Source: a virus
Taxonomy: Duplodnaviria > Caudoviricetes
Length of the DNA: 64,000 nucleotides
IMG/VR virus record: IMGVR_UViG_3300044471_000009
Span: 25,968-89,967 of that record
Reading direction: 5' to 3' (one strand)
Of this stretch, positions 1-9,338 are shown one piece after another. Position 1 is the first letter of the stretch; each line of letters begins with the position of its first letter. Both the position numbers and the translations under genes were made by a program. The notes beneath the pieces were generated by a model. The model was not told the DNA's origin, made no database searches, and saw nothing but the letters and a program-made list of their open reading frames with translations.

Positions 1-125
1 AGATGTCTTTTGCTTTTCACGAATGGGTTGGAATTGCAGCAGGCGACGAAGCGCGGCTGGCTGTCCGCGACGAAATCAACACTGAAGCCTTGGTCGCAAA
101 GTTCGGCCCTTTGGGGTCGAAGTAG
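1..125 (+). CDS. Partial CDS (open at window edge), C-terminus of putative tail assembly chaperone (gpG-like)
   Basis: Frame 3 reads ...EALVAKFGPLGSK* to TAG 123-125, with a slippery heptamer just before the stop. Confidence 0.55.
   Translation, partial: MSFAFHEWVGIAAGDEARLAVRDEINTEALVAKFGPLGSK
107..113 (+). other. Putative -1 ribosomal frameshift site C-CCT-TTG
   Basis: X XXY YYZ heptamer in the correct phase; the -1 frame is open from 86 to 523. Confidence 0.6.
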
Positions 126-160
126 CCCGCGCCGATGTCTGGTATCGCAAAACAGAGAGC

Positions 161-523
161 TTGCGTAACAGCGATTCATTCTGGCGGATGGTTGACCGTC
201 CGCCGCATGACGAAAGACATGCTCTGCTGATAGATACAGTAAACGAGTGGAAAGAAAATATTTTCGGCACACTCTGGAAGTATTTGGGCGAATACAAGCA
301 GTATCCAGATTGGCTGCGCAGAGGGATTGTAGCGGCATATATAGCTTTTCGTGACGAAGCGCAGCGGATAAACAGGGTTGAATATGTCGAGGACGCAAGG
401 GGCGGTAAAGCTGAGGTTGACGCAATGGACAAGTGGATTTGCAAGCATTATCCTTCCGGCTTTGATGAAAAGAATTGCGGATTCGCCGAATTCTCCCGCC
501 TGCTTGATGAATACCCCGTATGA
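161..523 (+). CDS. Tail assembly chaperone gpT-like extension, probably made as a frameshift fusion
   Basis: Only a TTG start with no clear RBS; YPDWLRRGIVAAYIAFRDE resembles gpT-type helical C-termini. Confidence 0.5.
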   Translation: MRNSDSFWRMVDRPPHDERHALLIDTVNEWKENIFGTLWKYLGEYKQYPDWLRRGIVAAYIAFRDEAQRINRVEYVEDARGGKAEVDAMDKWICKHYPSGFDEKNCGFAEFSRLLDEYPV

Positions 524-1551
524 ATCAGGCGCAAAGAAAACGGCTCGCAGCGTTTGCCTCGCGGAAAGCGATTGGACAAACCCGCAGCCTGCTGTATGTC
601 GAAGGGCAGTCTATAGAGATACCTACGGGCAGGTTAAGCTCGAAAACCGTCCTCAAGGCAATTAGGTCATGGACAGTAGATGCGTACCGGAAACCAGCGA
701 AAAGGGAATCTGACAAAAATGTTAGACTTGCAGACCATGACGCGGTTTTTGTATGGCAAGGTTTTGATCAGTTTGGTGTCAGAGCTGCGCTGCCGGTGCG
801 CGATGCTTTCCTTATTGACGGCGGCAGAGGTGAAATCTGGCAAATCACTCATGTCAAGCCGATTGAAACGTTTGATGCGTTATACACCGTCACTTGCAAG
901 CCTTTTTTCAACCTTGAGCTGTCGAATTCTTATGAAACTGAAGCGTCTGCTGGCATTGGAATATCGGCATCAGCAAGTTTCAGCGTCACTGACCTCATCT
1001 TCATCCGCCCGCCAGCCAGCCATGCCAGCGTTGATCTCAGCGCGGACTGGCAAACCGTTCCCTTTTCTGTTTTTGGCCCCCCGCCCGCGCTGCAAGGCGA
1101 CGTGCGAACCGCTTGCATTTCCTCCGTGCAGGCGGTGGGGGCATCTTGCATCGAATTTGAATTACAGCGCAGCGTTGAACCGGAGGGCGGCAAGGTCTGG
1201 GAGCGCGTGGAGTCTGGCTTTGCTCAAATCAACGGGTGGGGATATTGCCGCATGGTCTGGAGCGATGAGCCTCCACGGATTGCTCAGGGCGACTTGCTCA
1301 GGTACAAGGTCAGGGCAAGGCTTGTTTCAGGGTATGCGAGGATTTTCAATCCAGAGTTTACCATCAAGGTTGAGATGATAGTTCAGATTACACCGATAAG
1401 GATTAGAGATATTGATCTTCCTGCATCTGCCGACCTTAAAGGTGTTTTGCGATATAGAGAAGATAAGGACGGAGCTAAGTCGCAGACGCAGCAATGCGTC
1501 AAGAATTCTGATGGTGAATATGTCTGGGTTGACATATTCTTTTTTGAATAA
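520..1551 (+). CDS. Virion protein: head-closure/adaptor-like N-terminus fused to a beta-sandwich domain
   Basis: 343 aa; DAFLIDGGRGEIWQITHVKP resembles head-tail joining proteins; C-terminal domain resembles those in 4225-5292 and 5295-6932. Confidence 0.45.
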   Translation: MNQAQRKRLAAFASRKAIGQTRSLLYVEGQSIEIPTGRLSSKTVLKAIRSWTVDAYRKPAKRESDKNVRLADHDAVFVWQGFDQFGVRAALPVRDAFLIDGGRGEIWQITHVKPIETFDALYTVTCKPFFNLELSNSYETEASAGIGISASASFSVTDLIFIRPPASHASVDLSADWQTVPFSVFGPPPALQGDVRTACISSVQAVGASCIEFELQRSVEPEGGKVWERVESGFAQINGWGYCRMVWSDEPPRIAQGDLLRYKVRARLVSGYARIFNPEFTIKVEMIVQITPIRIRDIDLPASADLKGVLRYREDKDGAKSQTQQCVKNSDGEYVWVDIFFFE

Positions 1552-1568
1552 CAAAAATGAGTTAAATA

Positions 1569-2030
1569 ATGGCAAAGATTCATTCAGCGGATAAGTTTCT
1601 AACTCTGAACGCAAACCGTGACATCGCGGCCCTTGGCGAAGCGCTCTACGCTGTCAATGGCATCGTCGCCTGCGACGGAAGCGGCGTACTCAGCGCAAGC
1701 AGCGGTGTGGCAGGATTTGATACGTCTGCTTTACACACTAACACTGGCTCCGAGATTTCCGCGCTGACCGCAAAGACTGCTCCAGTTGGCGCAGATATGC
1801 TGGTGATCGAGGACAGTGAAGACACTAACGCAAAGAAAAAACTAACGATTACTGCGCTTTCCGGCTTGCTCAACTCGATAGGTGAAAATACAGACGCTGC
1901 ATCAGCGTCTAACGTATGGACGCTCCGTCGGTCAACGACTGCAACAACCGCAAGCCTTGACGTGTGTATGCCAACAGGCGCGTCCACTTACGCTTGGACA
2001 AGCATCGTAACCCAAGACTGGACAGCGTAA
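1569..2030 (+). CDS. Putative minor virion/fibre protein
   Basis: 153 aa, Ala/Ser/Thr/Gly-rich, within the structural operon. Confidence 0.5.
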   Translation: MAKIHSADKFLTLNANRDIAALGEALYAVNGIVACDGSGVLSASSGVAGFDTSALHTNTGSEISALTAKTAPVGADMLVIEDSEDTNAKKKLTITALSGLLNSIGENTDAASASNVWTLRRSTTATTASLDVCMPTGASTYAWTSIVTQDWTA

Positions 2031-2080
2031 CATTCAACAGCCTGCTCGTTATTATGAAGAGCAGGCTTAGGAGATGAAAC

Positions 2081-3835
2081 ATGGCAGAAATAATTGATGC
2101 AGATTTTATAAAGCAAAGGCTTTCAGGAGTATCACCTGAGCATTGCATTAGAAAATCAGACTTGACAAAAGAATCAGCTTCAGATGCAGAATCAACATCA
2201 TATATATCTCCTGCCTCTGTTTTTGTCAAAGAGACTGGCAGGACATATATTTTCGACCCTGCCAGCACTGCCGCCCGCGACGGCAGGAGCGTCTTGACTC
2301 CTGCGGGCGGCGGGCGGCTACTGGCGACAAAAACAGGCAGCGATGACGTTGAAATCCCGAAGATTGGCACACCTGACCACCAGAGTTTGACGCAATCCCT
2401 GCAAGTTGGGTTGTCAACTGGGGCTTGTAATGGCAACCTTGTAACAGACGCAGGTAGTGGTGCAATCAATATCGCTTCCGGCGAAGGTATGATCAGGGTT
2501 GCCAATTCATCCGATTCTGAAATTTTTGCGTTTCGATGGCCAGCGGTCAATGGCGTTACAATACCGCTGAATAGCGCAAGATACGTCGGCGTTGAGTACA
2601 ATAGTGGCAGCCCGCAGGCTGTTGTAAGAACTACAAATAACTGGAACGGACAGACTGAATTTCAGGCCGCTACGGTAGTGAATGAAGGTGGAACTCTACA
2701 TATTCTAAATAATCCGCAGGAAACGTGCGATGGTGTCCAGAAGATATTCCATAGGCTAATCGAAACACAGCCTTTTCAGTTCGCCGAGAGGCTTGGCGGC
2801 GGCAGATTTTCCGAAGTAGGGACAAGGAACTTATCCATGTCTCCATGTGAATTTTATGATGGATTGAATGAATTTCCAATCACAATAAAGAACACGAGCA
2901 CTGGCGACACTTTTGACGCTTACTACGGCAGCTTTACAAAGATTGCGGCTCAAACGCAATGGGATAACCAAAATTATGATAACGCAGGAACATTGACAGC
3001 GTTATCTGCAAACAGATATGGAGTGCATTGGCTCTATATCGAGATGGATGATTCATTCGCGCTTGTTTACGGACAAGGAAATTACACTACAATTTCAGAC
3101 GCTGAGGCTGCTCTTCCTCCTGCATCATTGCCGCTTCGCCTATCACTCGGATCGAGGCTTGCCGCAAAGCTGATATTCCAGAAAGGCGCAGCTTCGGCAA
3201 TCCAGATTGAGAGTGCGTTTGATACGCAGTTCCAGAGCGGGATGCCTGCGTCCCATAGCGACTTGACCAACATCCTCGGCAACGGCCCCTACCACCTTAG
3301 CGAAGCCGAGCGCGACGTAGTTGCTCTGTATCGAGGCAGCGGCACGACATCAAGCCGCAACGCGCTGACAGGGCTTGCAGTAGGCCAGACTTGGTACAAC
3401 ACAGACAGGTCAACGGTAGAGACGTATAATGGTACTGTATGGCTCTCGCCCGGCGTTTGTCAAATGACAAACCGCGCAGCGGTGGCGTTGACTGAAGGAA
3501 TGACAGTAAAGCTCAACGAGAGCTTTAGCTCTGCCGTAACGCGCAGCACTGAGTTTAACGAGCCGATCTTCGGGATTGTCGTTGACGGCGGCTCGGATGG
3601 CGCAGAAGTCACTGTCACTGTTAGCGGTGTTTGGAACGTACTGGTATTAGGCTCTGCTGTTGTAGGGGTTGGTGACTGGCTCGCGACGCACAGCACTGAT
3701 GGCATTAGCTATGTGGCATATACGGGTCCTTATCCAGCAAACACAGCGCATTCTCAAGCACTCGTCGCTTCATCCGCAGGAGGAAACAGGCTTGTCAAAG
3801 CGATGGTCGGCATTAGTCAGCATCACGAGGCGTAA
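2081..3835 (+). CDS. Putative fibre/decoration protein
   Basis: 584 aa with GGAG RBS; DPASTAARDGRSVLTPAGGGRL resembles a fibre anchor; C-terminus resembles cement/DUF2190 folds. Confidence 0.5.
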   Translation: MAEIIDADFIKQRLSGVSPEHCIRKSDLTKESASDAESTSYISPASVFVKETGRTYIFDPASTAARDGRSVLTPAGGGRLLATKTGSDDVEIPKIGTPDHQSLTQSLQVGLSTGACNGNLVTDAGSGAINIASGEGMIRVANSSDSEIFAFRWPAVNGVTIPLNSARYVGVEYNSGSPQAVVRTTNNWNGQTEFQAATVVNEGGTLHILNNPQETCDGVQKIFHRLIETQPFQFAERLGGGRFSEVGTRNLSMSPCEFYDGLNEFPITIKNTSTGDTFDAYYGSFTKIAAQTQWDNQNYDNAGTLTALSANRYGVHWLYIEMDDSFALVYGQGNYTTISDAEAALPPASLPLRLSLGSRLAAKLIFQKGAASAIQIESAFDTQFQSGMPASHSDLTNILGNGPYHLSEAERDVVALYRGSGTTSSRNALTGLAVGQTWYNTDRSTVETYNGTVWLSPGVCQMTNRAAVALTEGMTVKLNESFSSAVTRSTEFNEPIFGIVVDGGSDGAEVTVTVSGVWNVLVLGSAVVGVGDWLATHSTDGISYVAYTGPYPANTAHSQALVASSAGGNRLVKAMVGISQHHEA

Positions 3836-3901
3836 ACAAAACGATGGCCTTATAAAATCTGTTTGAAATCATGCCCTATATAATCCCAAACACCACAGCA
3901 G

Positions 3902-3914
3902 CCCCCCCCCCCCC
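3902..3914. repeat. Intergenic poly-C13 tract
   Basis: Direct reading of the sequence. Confidence 0.9.
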
Positions 3915-3925
3915 AGACCGTTTCC

Positions 3926-3947
3926 GCCGCCCCCTCGCTGGGGCGGC
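3926..3947. other. GC hairpin GCCGCCCC-N6-GGGGCGGC
   Basis: Perfect 8-bp stem with no U-tail. Confidence 0.6.
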
Positions 3948-3958
3948 ATGGTGAAAAG

Positions 3959-4198
3959 ATGGAAAAATCGAGAAAAAGAGAAGCATTTGAAGCGATTGCG
4001 TTGGTGGCTTGGACAATGTTTTTCGGCGGCGCGGGCATTGTTTTGGAGCGTTATCATACCAACGGAGAGTTGGCCACCGCAGCCGCAGCACTGTCTGTCG
4101 TCAAGAGCGAGGCTGAGATCAGCAAAATCGACCTTGTCGCCGCGCAGGAAGGGCGTGAGGCCGCAAGGTGGCGGATGATGGAATCGGAGCAGCTCTGA
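3959..4198 (+). CDS. Small membrane protein
   Basis: 79 aa; one hydrophobic segment AIALVAWTMFFGGAGIVL followed by a helical tail. Confidence 0.5.
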   Translation: MEKSRKREAFEAIALVAWTMFFGGAGIVLERYHTNGELATAAAALSVVKSEAEISKIDLVAAQEGREAARWRMMESEQL

Positions 4199-4224
4199 TT
4201 TTCAATGAAAAAACGAGGAAATAA

Positions 4225-5292
4225 ATGTCATTCATAGTTCGACCGCTTTCAACACCTGCCCCGCAGGTTGTCACTGGAACATATTCCGTGCTTTCAGGCT
4301 CCGATGTAATTATCGAGGCCACGGGAAATGCAACAGGTAAACTCAAACTGAAATACAACTTCAGTTTTGCGTGTCCAGCCGCCGAATCAGGTGCTGTGAT
4401 GTGCAAGCTACAATACAGCTTGCAACCTTCTGGCCTTGCGGCGAGCTGGCAGACGTTATCAACAGCTAACTGCCCTGTTAAAATAACAGCAGGCCAACCT
4501 TTTCGTGCCGATATTGGCGGGCCGCATACGCTTCTAAGCGGCATTCCCGCTGGATATGAGCTGCAATACCGAGTAATGATCGCGCTTGGAGCTGACAGCG
4601 GCCCGGTTACGGTTTATGACAGTTCATCGTCTCCATCGTTTCACATTGACGTTGCGCAGGGAGAAAGCAACATCGGCGTGATCAAGATTTACGCCCTCAC
4701 TGCCGTAGGCGTATCTGCCGAAGCATGGGGTGGCGTGGCTATTTTAATGAAAGCCGATGCAGCGGTAGGGGTTTCCGCTGAAGCGTTTGGTGGCGTGGCA
4801 ACCTTGACGAGAGCTGATGCCGCGGTTGGTATTTCCGCTGAGGTTTTCACAGACCATACTGACCCGATCAGAATCAAGCCGCCGCAGGTCACGGAGCCTG
4901 TCGTTCAGGCTCTTAAAGCTGATTGGAAGGCTATTAGCGGGACAACTATCTTGATTGAGGAAAGGGTTGCTGGGTGGCTTCCTCATTACGCTGCGCTCTC
5001 GTTTCATGTGCCATGCAAAGCAACAGGGACAAGCGGAGGCGAAGCAGATTTCAAGGTTATGCGCTCGGTTGACGATGGCGCGTGGGTTGATGTTATTCTG
5101 GCTGTTGATTCTTGGAGCGGTACCGAGGGGGTAGCGGTGCTTGAGTGGACGATAGACCAGACAGCAGGAATCGCAGCAAACACATCTGTGCGTTATCGCT
5201 TGTACGGAAGATTTGCAGCGGCAGGACATGAGGTGGAAGTCAACAGCACCGGGAAGCCCGGCGCAACATACAAACCGGACTTTGAGGTATAA
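4225..5292 (+). CDS. Virion accessory protein: two beta-sandwich domains joined by 20-aa repeats
   Basis: 355 aa with GAGGA RBS; internal duplication visible in the translation. Confidence 0.6.
   Translation: MSFIVRPLSTPAPQVVTGTYSVLSGSDVIIEATGNATGKLKLKYNFSFACPAAESGAVMCKLQYSLQPSGLAASWQTLSTANCPVKITAGQPFRADIGGPHTLLSGIPAGYELQYRVMIALGADSGPVTVYDSSSSPSFHIDVAQGESNIGVIKIYALTAVGVSAEAWGGVAILMKADAAVGVSAEAFGGVATLTRADAAVGISAEVFTDHTDPIRIKPPQVTEPVVQALKADWKAISGTTILIEERVAGWLPHYAALSFHVPCKATGTSGGEADFKVMRSVDDGAWVDVILAVDSWSGTEGVAVLEWTIDQTAGIAANTSVRYRLYGRFAAAGHEVEVNSTGKPGATYKPDFEV
4702..4848 (+). repeat. Degenerate 60-nt tandem repeat (about 2.5 copies)
   Basis: Units start at 4702, 4762 and 4822 and encode AVG(V/I)SAEAxGGVAxLxxADA. 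Confidence 0.85.
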
Positions 5293-5294
5293 AA

Positions 5295-6932
5295 ATGGCT
5301 ACAAGGAACCAGTCAGACGCAATCCGTCAAGAGCTTAACGGAACTTGGCAGCAGATCAGCGGCGCGTTCAACTTCTCATACACTTCGATTGCAGGATTTC
5401 CAAGGCTGCTGCTGCATCACGGCGGCTGGCTGCGTGTGCTTGCTGCTTCCGGTTCAATTCTTTGGCTGAAGCCGGAATATCAAGTTGACGGCGGAACATG
5501 GGCTGACTCCGGCTCTGGCCCTGATGGACTTAAGCTGACATTCCCTGACGGCAAAGATGGTCTTGTTCCTTTGCAATGCAATCGCCCGTGCTTCCCGACA
5601 GCTTATCCAGCCGGAACAGTGATCAATACGCGAGTAATGGCAAAATGCAGCGGATCTGTTGTTCTGTGTGACAGTCTGCTTGTTCCGCAGGCCGAAGCTG
5701 TCAAAACGTGGATGCAAAGCGATTCCTATCAATGGAACGAGGCTGAGGATGACCCTGCTGGATTGGCAATCCTAAAAATAGGCTCTCCTGCGGGAACCGG
5801 GGCTGCATGGACTGCATCAAATACTAACGTTCAGCTTGTTCCTTTATCTGGAAACAGATTCGCATGGCACAGCAGGAATTCTGATGTTGGAAGGACAAAG
5901 ACTGATACAGTTGTCGGGCAGGTTGATTCAGCAGGCGGCTTCTCTTTCGGAGCTATTTCAGTCCAAGACAACCACGCATCGTCATCATTGTCTTCAAATA
6001 CCTACTGCGTAGTTCCAATTGGGAACGGTAAGTTTGCAAGATACAGGACAAATCCAACGTCTTTTGATATCTACGACTGTGGGTCGTCAGGACTCGTTCC
6101 AAGCCTTGCGGCTACGGCGCAAGGGTCTGTTTCGACTTTAAGCTATGGCTGCAAAGACTCTTTAATGTGTGACGAATCGCATTTAGCTTTATTGCCTGAC
6201 TACTTAGGGTCATTCCCTGGTTACTATAACGTTCTGTATATATATAGCATCAATAACGTGTCGAATGCTGTTGGGGCTGAATTTGTAACCAATAGCATTT
6301 GGAGCGATACTGGACGTGTACTTTATGGAACTCCTGCTCCTTTCGCAGGATGTAGCGCGAGTGGCGGCTTTCTTGTGTCAGGAGCGACGGCTGTTAATGG
6401 GGCAAGTGTTGAGATGTCTATATCTTATGTAAACAAGACATCAGGCTCCGCAAGTAAGTTTACGTGTGCAGACGCGACTGGAAAGCCAATCGCAATTCAT
6501 TGTCAACCAGACGGTAAGTTTGCGATTGCTTATATAATCCCAACAGGAGCAGTAAGGGTTCGCTGTGGGGTTCTCGCTGGATCGTCAATAACATTTGGCG
6601 GATATTTTGATTATGCAGATGGGTCAATTTTAATGACCGACTCGTTTCACGAAGCAAGTATCAAATCTGACAACGCAGGTGAATTTGTTTTATGCTTACA
6701 GGACAGAACGAGCAATACAACTCAATGTATTGCGTTTAGCACTGATGGTTCAACCGTTTCTTGCGCAGATACAACAGGAATATCTTACACTAAAGGTTCT
6801 GTTGTTATGACGCTAATTAGCACCGGGTTCGCTGGCAAATATGTCTTTGGAAATTACGGCGCATCTGGAAGTACAGATTTTCCAGATGCAAGCGAGCGTT
6901 ATACGTCAATGATAGAAGTAGCTGATTTATAA
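5295..6932 (+). CDS. Putative receptor-binding/tail appendage protein
   Basis: 545 aa; shared N-terminal beta-sandwich plus a Ser/Gly/Thr-rich, probably all-beta C-terminus. Confidence 0.5.
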   Translation: MATRNQSDAIRQELNGTWQQISGAFNFSYTSIAGFPRLLLHHGGWLRVLAASGSILWLKPEYQVDGGTWADSGSGPDGLKLTFPDGKDGLVPLQCNRPCFPTAYPAGTVINTRVMAKCSGSVVLCDSLLVPQAEAVKTWMQSDSYQWNEAEDDPAGLAILKIGSPAGTGAAWTASNTNVQLVPLSGNRFAWHSRNSDVGRTKTDTVVGQVDSAGGFSFGAISVQDNHASSSLSSNTYCVVPIGNGKFARYRTNPTSFDIYDCGSSGLVPSLAATAQGSVSTLSYGCKDSLMCDESHLALLPDYLGSFPGYYNVLYIYSINNVSNAVGAEFVTNSIWSDTGRVLYGTPAPFAGCSASGGFLVSGATAVNGASVEMSISYVNKTSGSASKFTCADATGKPIAIHCQPDGKFAIAYIIPTGAVRVRCGVLAGSSITFGGYFDYADGSILMTDSFHEASIKSDNAGEFVLCLQDRTSNTTQCIAFSTDGSTVSCADTTGISYTKGSVVMTLISTGFAGKYVFGNYGASGSTDFPDASERYTSMIEVADL

Positions 6933-7327
6933 TGAGCAACTTCACAGACTTCCTCCTGTCCGCCGCAGATTCAGCGGAAAAGCATGTGGCCGAAGTGCAT
7001 CAAGCTGGAGCAATGGCCGGGCATCAAGCTGTTGTTGACAGCAGCAGGGTATGGTCGGGCCACATGCGCGGCGGGCATAAGATGACCATAGGCGAACCGC
7101 CTTCCGGGTCAAACCCCCGTCCGGCAGGGGCGCAGAAGGGTGAGTTCGGATACCCTGATCTGCCTGTTGACGTTATTGAGCAAATCAAGGCTGGCGACAC
7201 ATCAACGACGTACACAAACGTGCCGTATGCGCCGGGCTGGGAAGTGAAGCAGCCGATGTATGAGCCAGGGAGGATTGCCGCTGAAGATGCGATAGAACGG
7301 AAAATGAAGGAGGGAGCGTATGAGTGA
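6932..7327 (+). CDS. Neck/tail completion protein (HK97 gp10-like)
   Basis: RVWSGHMRGGHKMTIGEP...GDTSTTYTNVPYA matches the PVDTG-R/NNxPYA pattern; lies upstream of the terminator gene. Confidence 0.7.
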   Translation: MSNFTDFLLSAADSAEKHVAEVHQAGAMAGHQAVVDSSRVWSGHMRGGHKMTIGEPPSGSNPRPAGAQKGEFGYPDLPVDVIEQIKAGDTSTTYTNVPYAPGWEVKQPMYEPGRIAAEDAIERKMKEGAYE

Positions 7328-7739
7328 CTTCGAGCTGATTGAAGACGCGGCTATAAAAGCTGCAAAGGAGCTGCTGGCTGGCTGGCCGACAGGTGAGGTT
7401 CCGATTAAATGGAAAAACGAGCTTGATTGGCAAAGCGGGAGTGCGAGATGCAGGGAAAGCGGCGTTCCGTGGATAGAAGCTGAGAACATTCAGGCCACAG
7501 CAACGCAGGCTGCAATTTACTCAAGCAAGCAGTCTGCAAAAGGATTCGTCAGGTTCGCTATCAATGTGCAACATGGAACAGGAGACGGCGTATTGAGAAC
7601 GATAATGAATGACTTTAACAAGAGGTTCGTCGGCAAGGCTGTTGGAAACATATATTTCCTTACATCTCACCCGCGACCATCTGAAAGCGAAGCTGAGTAT
7701 TTTGTCAAGAATTTTGACGTGAACTACGAATACATTTAA
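7320..7739 (+). CDS. Tail terminator protein (DUF4128-like)
   Basis: 139 aa; PIKWKNE...PWI...GTG pattern; position before the tail tube gene. Confidence 0.65.
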   Translation: MSDFELIEDAAIKAAKELLAGWPTGEVPIKWKNELDWQSGSARCRESGVPWIEAENIQATATQAAIYSSKQSAKGFVRFAINVQHGTGDGVLRTIMNDFNKRFVGKAVGNIYFLTSHPRPSESEAEYFVKNFDVNYEYI

Positions 7740-7749
7740 GGAGACGGCT

Positions 7750-9336
7750 ATGGCTGTTGCGGTAACAAGGGGCGCGAATACCAAGATATATTTCGCAAAA
7801 ATGGAGCCGGGCGACCCGTATGATGTCGTACCGGCAGGCAAGCAGTTCGTCTTTTGCAGCACGGGAACTGCCGAAGCGTTCACGCTGGACGCGAAGCCAA
7901 TACTGACAGAAAGTAAACGGCAGGCTAAGGACGGCGGAAAGGGCGTTGCATCTGTGTCTGGCTGGACACGTGAAGGCTCGTGGACGCTTGATTTTGCGCC
8001 ATATTCAATTGCCGAGGATTGGATTTGGCAGTCGGTATTCCGTATGGGCAAGAAGCTGGTAAACATTACAGGGGCTGTCTATACGGCGGCAACAGGCACG
8101 ATCAGCTTTGCGGCGGCATCCGAAAAACCAGTCGTAGCCGAAGCTCAGTCTGTTAATTTCCAGTCGGCAAGCGTTGCATGGCACGGGATTCCACGAATCA
8201 TGGTGCCGACCGCTACTATCAACGTTTACAAGCTGTATCCGGCTCCGGCTGCTGACTACACTTTCATTGCCGGAACTCCAGTTCCATCGCTGATTCAGGG
8301 TGGAGTGCAATATCTTAACGCAAGTATGATCGACCCGTTTGAGATTGTGTCTGAAAAATGGAGAGAGAAAGCAGGCGTTGCAGGCACAAGCATTGAAGGT
8401 GCCGTTATTGACAAAACGGCTGGCACTATTGACTTCACTGGGGTTGACGACGCAGCCCGTCCTTGGGGTATTCGCAATTACAGGCCATACTGGATAAATG
8501 GAGCTGCAATCACAGTTGGCCCGCCTGCAACAAACAATAATGGGTATTATTACCTGACAGAGACAGCTACGGCTGGCATTTACACAATGTCCCCGCCGCC
8601 ACAGGCCAATGAAACTCTGCCTGCAACAGCTAAGCTGCATGGAGATGTTTTTGCCGACCTTCAAACACCATTCGAGATGTACGTCATGGTTCACGACGAA
8701 AATCTCAATGTTAGGAAATACTTGACCGGTGTGCAGGTTGTGTCTGTTGACCTCAAGAAAGCTCTGAAAACCACAGAGCCAATGGCGTTTAACTACCGCT
8801 GGACTTACGAAATCACCAAGGAGAACGGAGACACCTTCGGTGAGGTGCTGATCGGCAAGGAGAAAGAGTATGAAGCATTTGTGACCGGCTTTGACCCGCT
8901 CGATTCGACACGCCGCAGTGATGGAATGCTTGTTATTAACAGCGGAGACAGCACTGCAAGCTGCACACTGATCAGCTTCGGCGTTACAGTGACAAGAACC
9001 ATTGAAGAGGATAACGCGATTTACAAAGAGGCCGCTTGCGGATACAGCGACACTGACATTGCGGCTGCGGTTGCGCTTGAGGCTCGAAGGAGTGATTTGC
9101 TTTGGGAAACATGGATGGAAGAAAGAACCAAAGTTCCAATCCTCTGCACAACACGCAACATGCCTGGCGACAGTATATTCTACGGCATCTCTTTGCCGCA
9201 GGTGTCCACAAACGGCGCAGACACTCCAATTAAGATCGGAGCTTGCACAACCACAGTCACCGCTGTGGGTGAATGCGTTGAGCCGACCAACATTCGCTGC
9301 GAGCTGCATCGCGTTCGCGGGTACGTCCCGGCATAA
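7750..9336 (+). CDS. Major tail tube protein with inserted domains
   Basis: 528 aa between terminator and tape measure; two GAVxxxxxGTIxF inserts and an NNNG motif. Confidence 0.7.
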   Translation: MAVAVTRGANTKIYFAKMEPGDPYDVVPAGKQFVFCSTGTAEAFTLDAKPILTESKRQAKDGGKGVASVSGWTREGSWTLDFAPYSIAEDWIWQSVFRMGKKLVNITGAVYTAATGTISFAAASEKPVVAEAQSVNFQSASVAWHGIPRIMVPTATINVYKLYPAPAADYTFIAGTPVPSLIQGGVQYLNASMIDPFEIVSEKWREKAGVAGTSIEGAVIDKTAGTIDFTGVDDAARPWGIRNYRPYWINGAAITVGPPATNNNGYYYLTETATAGIYTMSPPPQANETLPATAKLHGDVFADLQTPFEMYVMVHDENLNVRKYLTGVQVVSVDLKKALKTTEPMAFNYRWTYEITKENGDTFGEVLIGKEKEYEAFVTGFDPLDSTRRSDGMLVINSGDSTASCTLISFGVTVTRTIEEDNAIYKEAACGYSDTDIAAAVALEARRSDLLWETWMEERTKVPILCTTRNMPGDSIFYGISLPQVSTNGADTPIKIGACTTTVTAVGECVEPTNIRCELHRVRGYVPA

Positions 9337-9338
9337 GC

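Noticed and set aside
1909-2601. 230-aa minus-strand ORF
   Set aside because: Overlaps two well-supported plus-strand structural genes
3863-3884. Sigma-70 promoter TTGAAA...TATAAT
   Set aside because: Spacer is only 10 nt
2081-6932. Diversity-generating retroelement acting on fibre genes
   Set aside because: No reverse transcriptase and no TR/VR pair differing at adenines seen
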